Origin: Oscillospiraceae bacterium
Lineage (GTDB): Bacteria > Bacillota > Clostridia > Oscillospirales > CAG-272
Length of the DNA stretch: 64,000 bases
NCBI GenBank assembly: GCA_015064855.1
Contig: SVRK01000005.1
Span: 33,747-97,746, forward strand
Reading direction: 5' to 3'
The notes below the pieces were generated by a model. It made no database searches. It was given only the letters and a program-made list of their open reading frames with translations, and was not told the origin of the DNA. The translations under genes and the position numbers were made by a program. This document shows positions 46,228 to 54,084 of this stretch, piece after piece (the stretch's first letter is position 1; every line of letters starts with the position of its first letter).

Positions 46228-48297
46228 ATGAAGAAAATCTATTTTGCGCTGTTCGTTGTCTTTGCACTTTTTATCGGTGCGGTGTCGGTAAATGCTTACG
46301 ATATAGCGGTTCAAGATGAAAACGGTAATGTCTATAACCACGATAACTATCAGTTTTATCTTCCATCGCATATTTCACCCACCGAGGTTGAATTGCTAGT
46401 CGATAGTGACACTACCTTTAGCTATTTAAATAATGGAGAATTTTTATCCGTCGGTAGCGGTCAAAAAATCGACGTAACGCCGTTTGATATTGGCACAAAA
46501 GAAGCACCCAATTATATGATGCAAATAAAAATCAATGATCTTGACGGATTTTTGCTTTTCCGCTTTGCATCTAACTTGCCAAGCGTTTACGTTGAAACAA
46601 GCGTAGGTAGCCAAAGTATAATTGAAAATGAATATAAGGACACAGGCGCAAAAGCAACTATAACCGACCAAAATGGTGTAATTGAATATGAGGACCCCGC
46701 CACAGGTAATAGTGAATTTAAAATACGTGGTAATACAACAAGAGATTATGCAAAAAAGCCGTTTCAGCTAAAGCTCTCTGAAAAGAGTGACCTTTTTGGG
46801 ATGGGCAGAGCGAAAACGTGGATACTTTTAGCCAATTATCTTGATCAATCACTTTTGCGAAATAGCGTGATGTATGAGATCGGTGAGTATCTCGGTATGC
46901 AAGCAAGTGATTTTACAAGCGTTGACCTCTATATCGACGGTTATTATCACGGCATTTATCTGCTTTGTGAAAAGGTACAAATTTCAAGCACACGCCTAAA
47001 TATTTACGAGCTTGAAAAGGATAACGACCTTCTGAACACCACCTACAAGCAGTATGCAACGCACGTAACAAGCGGTGAACTGATTGATTCAACCATTTTG
47101 ACTGAATATTGCTATATTGAAGGCGTTACAAACCCCAGCGATATAACAGGCGGATATCTTATTGAGCTCGACAATAACTACTACAAGGACGAGCTTTGTT
47201 ATTTTACAACTGAAAACGGTAATCACTACGTTATAAAATCTCCTGAATATGCCTCTTGTCAAGAGGTTGAGTATATAGCTCGCCTTTTTGCCGAAATGGA
47301 AGAGGCAATTATGTCGTATAACGGATATAATTCCCTTGGAAAGCATTATTCTGAATATATAGATATTGATTCATTTGCTGCGGCATATATTGTTGCTGAG
47401 CTTGGTAGAAACTACGATGCTGGCTCGTCGAGTATGTATTTCTATAAGGATAGAGATATTGACGGACAAACCTCGAAGATTTTCAAGGGACCATTATGGG
47501 ACTGTGATAATACCCTTGGCAACATTCATAAAAACAGTGCCTCAAGCACCGAGGGATACTGGGCGCAAGGGCGTAGCATTTGGGCTGGACTTACCTCGAA
47601 AAGTGAGTTTAACGCTTTAGTAACTCAAAAATTTGAAAACGCCTATGATTATATCTTTGATATGATTTCAAAGGATGGCTTCATTGACGAGGAGATTGAA
47701 AAAATAGGTACATCTATCTATATGGAACAAAAGCTTTGGGGTACAAATAGCTACGATAGATGGCCGCTTTATTATGATGGTACGCATTATGATAGATGGC
47801 AAAATATGCAGGTGTTTAATTTCGTTTCGGTTTATTCCCAAGGAAATAATGAGGATAGCACAACAGTGATCGGCTATCTTTGTGAGCATATTGAAGCGCG
47901 CACAAACTGGCTAGCTGACGAGTGGGGCTGTGATGTTACATTGCGTGAAAGAGATTTTATACCGAAAAAGCCTGTAACTCCTGAAACTGACACGAATATT
48001 GATACTGATACTGATGCAGAATTCGACTCTAACATTGATTCAAGCACGGAATCAAATACAGATACAAATACCAATACTGGCACGGATAGTGATATAAAAG
48101 ATTCCGATTTTGAAACGGATATTTCAACGAATACAGATAAGGACGTTGAAAATGACGCATCAACGGATATGACACCGGATTTTGAAGAGCCACCTGTGAT
48201 TGATGAGCAGCCTAAAAAAATGAGCTTTTTTGAGAGGCTTATCCAAAACATAATCACATTCTTTAAAAATATACTTCATTTTTTAGGGATAATATGA
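46228..48297 (+). CDS. secreted CotH-family (atypical kinase fold) protein with an acidic Thr/Asp-rich tail and a hydrophobic C-terminus
   Basis: 689-aa ORF. Signal peptide (..GAVSVNA). CotH-type motif KIRGNTTRDYAKKPFQLKL. TD-rich region near residue 590-650. Terminal hydrophobic segment. Confidence 0.8.
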   Translation: MKKIYFALFVVFALFIGAVSVNAYDIAVQDENGNVYNHDNYQFYLPSHISPTEVELLVDSDTTFSYLNNGEFLSVGSGQKIDVTPFDIGTKEAPNYMMQIKINDLDGFLLFRFASNLPSVYVETSVGSQSIIENEYKDTGAKATITDQNGVIEYEDPATGNSEFKIRGNTTRDYAKKPFQLKLSEKSDLFGMGRAKTWILLANYLDQSLLRNSVMYEIGEYLGMQASDFTSVDLYIDGYYHGIYLLCEKVQISSTRLNIYELEKDNDLLNTTYKQYATHVTSGELIDSTILTEYCYIEGVTNPSDITGGYLIELDNNYYKDELCYFTTENGNHYVIKSPEYASCQEVEYIARLFAEMEEAIMSYNGYNSLGKHYSEYIDIDSFAAAYIVAELGRNYDAGSSSMYFYKDRDIDGQTSKIFKGPLWDCDNTLGNIHKNSASSTEGYWAQGRSIWAGLTSKSEFNALVTQKFENAYDYIFDMISKDGFIDEEIEKIGTSIYMEQKLWGTNSYDRWPLYYDGTHYDRWQNMQVFNFVSVYSQGNNEDSTTVIGYLCEHIEARTNWLADEWGCDVTLRERDFIPKKPVTPETDTNIDTDTDAEFDSNIDSSTESNTDTNTNTGTDSDIKDSDFETDISTNTDKDVENDASTDMTPDFEEPPVIDEQPKKMSFFERLIQNIITFFKNILHFLGII

Positions 48298-48322
48298 AAA
48301 TGGGCGTTTCGCCCATTTTTTC
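48297..48322 (+). terminator. intrinsic terminator of the cotH-like gene
   Basis: Stem ATGGGCG / CGCCCAT, loop TTT, then TTTTT. Confidence 0.75.
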
Positions 48323-48421
48323 TTTCACTTTATGGTAAATATATTCACATATGAACAAGTAATAATGTAAAAAAGAGGTGTAAATTCTCGATTTTGGGTA
48401 ACAATAAAAGAAAACTACAAA

Positions 48422-48904
48422 ATGGGAGAATTTATGAAAGCAATAATTAAGCTAAAAAATCCATCAAAGGAAAGACTTTTAAAAGCCATTAATCACCTTT
48501 TAAAATATGGGTATAACGATTTAATCGTTTTTTCTACCTTTTTTAGGGATATTGAAAATGAAATTCGCGAAGAAATGTGGCAAAAGGACGCAAAAATTGT
48601 GTTTCTAAAATCCTATAACCAAAGCACCGAGGATTGCCTTTTGAACATCAAGGGAAGCCTAACAGATAGATTTTTGCTTGTTTATAATGATGAAATTTGT
48701 CAGTTTGATTTAAAAAATGCCTTAAATTCACATCACAATAGCACAATGACCGCCACCATTTTATATGCCGAAAATAAAACCACCGCCGTCTTTTTTGAAA
48801 CCGAAATTTTCGATTATATCCCACTCGCTGGTAACTTTGAAAGAGAAGTAATCCCACGAATCTTTGAAGACCATGAGGTGCAAATTTACCCTTGCATTTT
48901 ATAG
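48422..48904 (+). CDS. degenerate nucleotidyltransferase-like protein (NTP_transferase fold lacking the N-terminal G-x-G-T-R loop)
   Basis: 160-aa ORF. The MKAII start and the LLVYNDEICQFDLKNALNSHHNSTMTATIL region resemble sugar-1-phosphate nucleotidyltransferases, but the signature loop is absent and the protein is short. Confidence 0.35.
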   Translation: MGEFMKAIIKLKNPSKERLLKAINHLLKYGYNDLIVFSTFFRDIENEIREEMWQKDAKIVFLKSYNQSTEDCLLNIKGSLTDRFLLVYNDEICQFDLKNALNSHHNSTMTATILYAENKTTAVFFETEIFDYIPLAGNFEREVIPRIFEDHEVQIYPCIL

Positions 48905-48947
48905 AATTTAGTGTTATAATATTATAAATAAATTTTCAAAAAAGGTA

Positions 48948-48976
48948 TTGACAAAAATGAAAGAAAGCGCGATAAT
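48948..48976 (+). promoter_or_regulatory. near-consensus sigma-A promoter firing into the (ACAG)19 tract
   Basis: TTGACA (48948-48953), 17-nt spacer, GATAAT (48971-48976). Confidence 0.55.
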
Positions 48977-48981
48977 CTCTT

Positions 48982-49058
<77 letters not shown>

Positions 49059-49115
49059 GTCTAGCTCTGTAGTTTTTGCGCGCCATTTTTCAAATCAAGC
49101 ACTAACTTAATAAAT

Positions 49116-49170
49116 AAAGCCGTTTGACGAGGACGAATTTTTTCGCCCCCGACAAACGGCTTTTGTATTT
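49116..49170 (+). terminator. terminator-like or attenuator hairpin between the (ACAG)19 tract and the LRR gene
   Basis: AAAGCCGTTTG...CAAACGGCTTT outer stem with an inner CGAA/TTCG stem, followed by TTTTGTATTT. Confidence 0.5.
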
Positions 49171-49186
49171 GCCTTTCCCTTGAGGT

Positions 49187-49232
49187 GATTCCCCAGCGAT
49201 GGGAAATGTCGCAAGACGATAAAAGGGTTGCT
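49187..49232 (+). repeat. partial family B insert
   Basis: gattccccagcgatgggaaatgtcgcaagacgataaaagggttgc is related to 53990-54036. Confidence 0.6.
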
Positions 49233-49308
49233 GTCCTGCAAGGAAGGCATCAACATAGTTGACGGACGAGGTGTATTGTAGGGACAGGCGCCTTCGATGC
49301 CCCGTCTT

Positions 49309-49331
49309 GTAGGGGAGCATAGTATGCTCCC
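49309..49331 (+). repeat. family C palindromic repeat
   Basis: gtaggggagcatagtatgctccc, with its reverse complement at 13008-13030. The preceding gtagggacagg (49278-49288) also recurs at 12941-12950. Confidence 0.8.
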
Positions 49332-49370
49332 GTTAGACGATATTGGAACGACCATTGCTCGTCAACTCAT

Positions 49371-49397
49371 TGTCATCCTGAGCATAGCCGAAGGAAC
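49371..49397 (+). repeat. family D repeat variant
   Basis: tgtcatcctgagcatagccgaaggaac. Confidence 0.6.
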
Positions 49398-49430
49398 TAA
49401 AAACGATTATTATTTTAAAGGAGAAATAAA

Positions 49431-52400
49431 ATGAAAAACAGACTAACACTTTTGCTTGCATTGGCACTTGTTTTGTCAATTGTGTTTGCTTTTACCTCGT
49501 GTGGCGGTAACACCGACACCGATACAAGCACAAATACCGAAACGAATACCGAAACGAGCACACAAACCGAGTCCGATACGGACACCGAAACGGAAGAAAA
49601 CGTGTCTACAAGCACCGAGTCAGATACCAACGCTGATACCGAATCGGATACTAACTCCACTACTGAAAGTGACACTGACAGTGAAACGGAAACTGACAAA
49701 AGCACTGATGGTGAAACCGACACGGAAACCGAAACAAATACAGATACAGACACTGACACGGATACCGAAACCGAGCCGGACGAGCCTGAGCACGTACATA
49801 CCGAGGAAATCATCCCTGCTGTAGAGCCAACATGTACTGAAACAGGCTTAACCGAGGGCAAAAAGTGTTCCGAGTGCGGTGAAATTTTAGTCGCTCGCAA
49901 GGAGCTTTTTGCAACCGGACATAAGTCCGAAGTGGTTAAAGGCAAAGCTCCGACTTGTACACAAGCAGGACTTACCGATGGTGAAAAGTGCTCCGAGTGT
50001 GATAAAATTTTAGTTAAGCAGACAGTAATTGATGCAAGACACACCGAGGAAATTATCGCAGGCGTTGCACCTACCTGTACCGAAGCAGGTCTTACAGATG
50101 GTAAAAAGTGTTCTGAGTGCGGCGACATTTTGGTTCAGCAAAAGGTAATTGATGCTTTAGATCATGATTATATTAACCATGAAACAAAACTGCCTACTTG
50201 TACAAACGAAGGATATTTAGAATACCAAACTTGTTCAAGATGTGATTTTTCCAACTTTGAAAAATTAAACGCTTTAGGTCATACCGAGGAAACTATTGCA
50301 GGCGTTGAACCTACTTGTATCGAAACAGGTCTTACTAAAGGTAAGAAATGCTCCGTGTGCGGTGACATTTTGGTTCAGCAAAAGGTGATTGATGCTTTAG
50401 GTCATACTGAGGAAATTATTGCCGGTGTTGCACCAACCTGTACTAAAACAGGCTTAACAGAGGGTAAGAAATGTTCTACCTGTGGAGAAATTTTAGTTAA
50501 GCAAACGGTAATTAATGCTTTGGGGCACACCAATGAAGTTATCTCAGGCATTGAGCCAACTTGTACAGAACCAGGTTTTACAGACGGTGCAAAATGTTCT
50601 GTTTGTGGTATTACAATTTTGGTGCAACAAACAATCAACGCTAAAGGACACAACTATGTTGATGGCGAATGCAAAAATTGTGATGAACAAAATTGTTTAA
50701 AATTCAAAATGAATGACACAGGAACGGCATATATTGTCCAAGGAATAGGAAGTTATAAAGAAACAGATATTGTAATTCCGGATCGGTATAAAGGTAAGCT
50801 AGTGTTAGAGATAGGAGGAGCCGCCTTTGCGTCTTGCACAAGCTTAACAAGTATAACAATCCCTGATAGCGTAACAAGTATAGGAAACCGTGCATTCTAC
50901 GATTGCACAAGCTTGACAAGTGTAACTATTGGGGATAGTGTAACAAGTATAGGAGACGAAGCGTTCTATCAATGCACAAGCTTGACAAGCATAACTATAC
51001 CAGACAGTGTAGAAACTATAGGAGAATATGCGTTCTCTGATTGCACAAGCTTGAGAAGTGTAACCATTGGTGATAGTGTAACAAGTATAGGAGGCTATGC
51101 GTTCGATGGTTGTTCAGCATATATTTATAATGAATATGATAACGCATATTATTTGGGAAATGAAGATAACCCATATTTGTGGTTAATAGAAGCAAAGGAT
51201 AAATTTATTACCTCTTGTACTATAAATGGAAATACTAAATTTATATATGAATATGCGTTCTCGGAATGCAAAGGCTTGACAAGTATCAATATACCGAATA
51301 GCGTAACAAGTATAGGATACCGTGCGTTCTATGATTGCACAAGCATAAAAAGTGTACATATAAATGATATAGCAAGCTGGTGTAATATAGAGTTTGGTGT
51401 TTCTGATGCAAACCCACTAGGTTATGCAAATAATCTATATATAAACGGAGAACTTTTAACCGAGCTTGTAATACCTGACACTATAACTGAAATAAAAGAT
51501 TATGCGTTCTCTAATTGCACAAGCTTGAAAAGTATAAATATACCGAGTAGCGTAACAAGTATAGGATACCGTGCATTCTACGATTGCACAGGCTTGACAA
51601 GTGTAACTATACCGAGTAGCGTAACAAGTATAGGAGACTGTGCGTTCTTATGGTGCGTAAACTTGACAAGTGTAACAATAGGAGAAGGCGTAACAAGTAT
51701 AGGAAGAATTGCGTTCGGTTACTGCACAAGCTTGACAAGCATAACTATACCTGATAGTGTAACAAGTATAGGAGAATCTGCGTTCGAGGGTTGCACAATC
51801 TTGACAAGTGTAAATTATTTAGGCGCAATAGAACAGTGGTGTAATATAGAGTTTGGTGGTTCTGATGCAAACCCAGTATATTATACAAAGAAGCTATGCA
51901 TCAATGGAGAGCTTTTAGAAGAGCTTACAATACCAAATACAGTAACTGAAATAAAAAATTATACATTCCATGGTTGCACAAGCTTAACAAGTATAACAAT
52001 ACCCGATAGCGTAACAAGTATAGGAGACTGTGCGTTCTTATGGTGCGTAAACTTGACAAGTGTAACAATAGGAGAAGGCGTAACAAGTATAGGAAACTCT
52101 GCGTTCTCTGGTTGCACATTAATTACCTATAATGAATATGATAATGCATATTATATAGGAAATAAAGATAATCCATACGTAGTATTAATAAAAGCAAAGA
52201 ATACAGCCATTACCTCTTGTACTATAAATGAAAATACTAAAGTTATATATGGAGGTGCGTTCCTTGATTGCACAAGCTTGAAAAGTATAACTATACCAGA
52301 TAGTGTAACAAGTATAGGAGGCTCTGCGTTCCTTGATTGCACAAGCTTGAAAAGTATAACTATACCAAATAACGTAACAAGCATAGGACGGTATGCGTTC

Positions 52401-53450
52401 GATGGTTGCACCGCACTTACTGAAATCAACTTTAATGCAAAAGCTATGGATAATTTAAGCGAAGATGACAATGTATTCTCTTATGCAGGAAATAATGGAG
52501 TGGGAATAAAGGTAACAATAGGTAAAGATGTAACAAAAATACCTGCTTATTTGTTCTATTCGAATAGTTATACTTCTTCATATTTACCAAATATAACAAG
52601 CGTAGTATTTGAAGAAGATAGCGTTTGTGAAAGTATAGGAGGCTGTGCGTTCTATCGTTGCACAAGGTTGAAAAGTATAACTATACCCGATAGTGTAACA
52701 AGCATAGGAGGCTCTGCGTTTTACGGGTGTACAAGCTTGACAAGCATAACTATCCCCGATAGTGTAACAAGTATAGGAGAATCTGCGTTCGAGGGTTGCA
52801 CAAGCTTGACAAGTGTAACTATTGGAGATAGCGTAACAACTATAGGAGTCAATGCGTTCCGAGATTGCGACAACTTGACAAGTATAACTATACCGAATAG
52901 TGTAACGAGTATAGGAGGCACTGCGTTCTACGGTTGCACAAAATTGACAAGTGTAAACTATTTAGGAACAATAGAACAGTGGTGTAATATTCAGTTTGAT
53001 AATTCTTATGCAACCCCACTATGTTATGCAAATAATCTATATATAAACGGAGAGCTTTTAACCGAGCTTGTAATACCTGATACCGTAACTAAAATCAATG
53101 ATTATGCGTTCTATCGTTGCACAAGGTTGAAAAGTATAACTATACCCGATAGTGTAACAAGCATAGGAGGCTCTGCGTTTTACGGGTGTACAAGCTTGAC
53201 AAGCATAACTATCCCCGATAGCGTAACAAGTATAGGAGACTTTATGTTCGGTTACTGCACAAGCTTGACAAGTATAACTATACCCGATAGCGTAACAAGT
53301 ATAGGGAAATATGCGTTCTATAATTGCAAAAGCTTAAAAACAATCTACTACTCCGGTAGTAGATCCCTGTGGAAATCTTTGCCTAAAGGAGACAATTGGA
53401 GTGCAGGTGTCGAAAATTTAACAATAATTTATGATTACACAGGCGAATAA
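49431..53450 (+). CDS. giant surface lipoprotein: Thr/Asp/Glu-rich linker, seven Cys3-His ~35-aa repeats, long BspA-type LRR (LRR_5-like) array
   Basis: 1339-aa ORF with an AAGGAG SD. Lipobox FAFTSCGG, an acidic TDTETN linker of about 100 aa, repeats of H.EEII.GV.PTCTE.GLT.GKKCS.CG.ILV.Q.VI.ALG, then dozens of ~23-aa LRR units. Confidence 0.85.
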   Translation: MKNRLTLLLALALVLSIVFAFTSCGGNTDTDTSTNTETNTETSTQTESDTDTETEENVSTSTESDTNADTESDTNSTTESDTDSETETDKSTDGETDTETETNTDTDTDTDTETEPDEPEHVHTEEIIPAVEPTCTETGLTEGKKCSECGEILVARKELFATGHKSEVVKGKAPTCTQAGLTDGEKCSECDKILVKQTVIDARHTEEIIAGVAPTCTEAGLTDGKKCSECGDILVQQKVIDALDHDYINHETKLPTCTNEGYLEYQTCSRCDFSNFEKLNALGHTEETIAGVEPTCIETGLTKGKKCSVCGDILVQQKVIDALGHTEEIIAGVAPTCTKTGLTEGKKCSTCGEILVKQTVINALGHTNEVISGIEPTCTEPGFTDGAKCSVCGITILVQQTINAKGHNYVDGECKNCDEQNCLKFKMNDTGTAYIVQGIGSYKETDIVIPDRYKGKLVLEIGGAAFASCTSLTSITIPDSVTSIGNRAFYDCTSLTSVTIGDSVTSIGDEAFYQCTSLTSITIPDSVETIGEYAFSDCTSLRSVTIGDSVTSIGGYAFDGCSAYIYNEYDNAYYLGNEDNPYLWLIEAKDKFITSCTINGNTKFIYEYAFSECKGLTSINIPNSVTSIGYRAFYDCTSIKSVHINDIASWCNIEFGVSDANPLGYANNLYINGELLTELVIPDTITEIKDYAFSNCTSLKSINIPSSVTSIGYRAFYDCTGLTSVTIPSSVTSIGDCAFLWCVNLTSVTIGEGVTSIGRIAFGYCTSLTSITIPDSVTSIGESAFEGCTILTSVNYLGAIEQWCNIEFGGSDANPVYYTKKLCINGELLEELTIPNTVTEIKNYTFHGCTSLTSITIPDSVTSIGDCAFLWCVNLTSVTIGEGVTSIGNSAFSGCTLITYNEYDNAYYIGNKDNPYVVLIKAKNTAITSCTINENTKVIYGGAFLDCTSLKSITIPDSVTSIGGSAFLDCTSLKSITIPNNVTSIGRYAFDGCTALTEINFNAKAMDNLSEDDNVFSYAGNNGVGIKVTIGKDVTKIPAYLFYSNSYTSSYLPNITSVVFEEDSVCESIGGCAFYRCTRLKSITIPDSVTSIGGSAFYGCTSLTSITIPDSVTSIGESAFEGCTSLTSVTIGDSVTTIGVNAFRDCDNLTSITIPNSVTSIGGTAFYGCTKLTSVNYLGTIEQWCNIQFDNSYATPLCYANNLYINGELLTELVIPDTVTKINDYAFYRCTRLKSITIPDSVTSIGGSAFYGCTSLTSITIPDSVTSIGDFMFGYCTSLTSITIPDSVTSIGKYAFYNCKSLKTIYYSGSRSLWKSLPKGDNWSAGVENLTIIYDYTGE
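49791..50690 (+). repeat. tandem coding repeats (~105-120 bp) encoding the Cys3-His units
   Basis: Seven consecutive related units plus a terminal partial unit (HNYVDGECKNCDEQ). Confidence 0.85.
51617..51705 (+). repeat. 89-bp perfect direct repeat, copy 1 (copy 2 at 52007-52095; offset 390 bp, in frame)
   Basis: Base-by-base comparison of tagcgtaacaagtataggagactgtgcgttcttatggtgcgtaaacttgacaagtgtaacaataggagaaggcgtaacaagtataggaa. Confidence 0.9.
52007..52095 (+). repeat. 89-bp perfect direct repeat, copy 2
   Basis: Identical to 51617-51705. Confidence 0.9.
52646..52762 (+). repeat. 117-bp perfect direct repeat, copy 1 (copy 2 at 53105-53221; offset 459 bp, in frame)
   Basis: Identical string tgcgttctatcgttgcacaaggttgaaaag...aagcataactatccccgatag read in both places. 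Confidence 0.9.
53105..53221 (+). repeat. 117-bp perfect direct repeat, copy 2
   Basis: Identical to 52646-52762. Confidence 0.9.
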
Positions 53451-53534
53451 TAAAACAAAGGATAACCCAAGCGAGCGTAACACCTCGCTTGGCGATGAAT
53501 AAAAACAAAATTAGTAAAAACAAGGGAAATAAAT

Positions 53535-53834
53535 ATGAAAAATCACGATTATAATTTCAGTGGTGGAAATCATTTAAGAAGAATTGGAGCAACATATTAT
53601 GTTTGCTATTTGCATTCTCTAAACAAAGATTCTAATGAGAAAAGATGGCAAAAAATTAAAACTAAGGATCAAAGGAACAAAGTTATTATTAAACATTCAA
53701 GCTTTTGCAAATTGTGGTTGACTGAAATTTCCAAAATGAAAAAGGTAAGTACCAATTCTATGGGTTTAACTGTTTCTGAAGTTAATAATTACGCAGACGA
53801 ATTGCTTAAAATACCAAGCGTTAAATTTAAATAA
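53535..53834 (+). CDS. hypothetical small basic protein
   Basis: 99-aa ORF with a weak SD, AT-rich, no recognisable motif. Confidence 0.3.
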   Translation: MKNHDYNFSGGNHLRRIGATYYVCYLHSLNKDSNEKRWQKIKTKDQRNKVIIKHSSFCKLWLTEISKMKKVSTNSMGLTVSEVNNYADELLKIPSVKFK

Positions 53835-53854
53835 GAGGAAAGATTAAGAGGAGA

Positions 53855-53918
53855 GATTCCTCGACGTTGCTCGGAATGACAGTGTAGTGAGATTCTATCG
53901 CTGCGCTCCAGAATGACA
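53855..53918 (-). repeat. two tandem family D repeats in inverted orientation
   Basis: gattcctcgacgttgctcggaatgaca (53855-53881) and gattctatcgctgcgctccagaatgaca (53891-53918). Confidence 0.75.
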
Positions 53919-53970
53919 AAAAACCACGATTTCAAATCGTGGTTTTTCTCTTTTATTCAAGTTTCTTCAA

Positions 53971-54071
53971 GGCTCCTTTGTAAAGGGAGATTCCCCTGAG
54001 AGGGGAAATGTCGCAACGCGACAAAAGGGTTGCGACTCGCTAAGAGGCTCCGCCAAAGGCGGTGAGGGATT
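53971..54071 (+). repeat. family B composite repeat
   Basis: ggctcctttgtaaagggagattcccctgagaggggaaatgtcgcaacgcgacaaaagggttgcgactcgctaagaggctccgccaaaggcggtgagggatt. It matches the reverse complement of 6220-6323. Confidence 0.85.
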
Positions 54072-54084
54072 GTTGAAATATATT

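Noticed and set aside
49415-50128. 237-aa minus-strand ORF, plus other 60-120-aa ORFs on both strands inside the large LRR gene (e.g. 49456-49824, 50402-50653, 52151-52471)
   Set aside because: They lie entirely inside the 1339-aa plus-strand gene. They consist of low-complexity translations (SVSVSV..., repeated LVKLVQ...) of repetitive coding DNA that happens to lack stops. They have no SD and no independent evidence.
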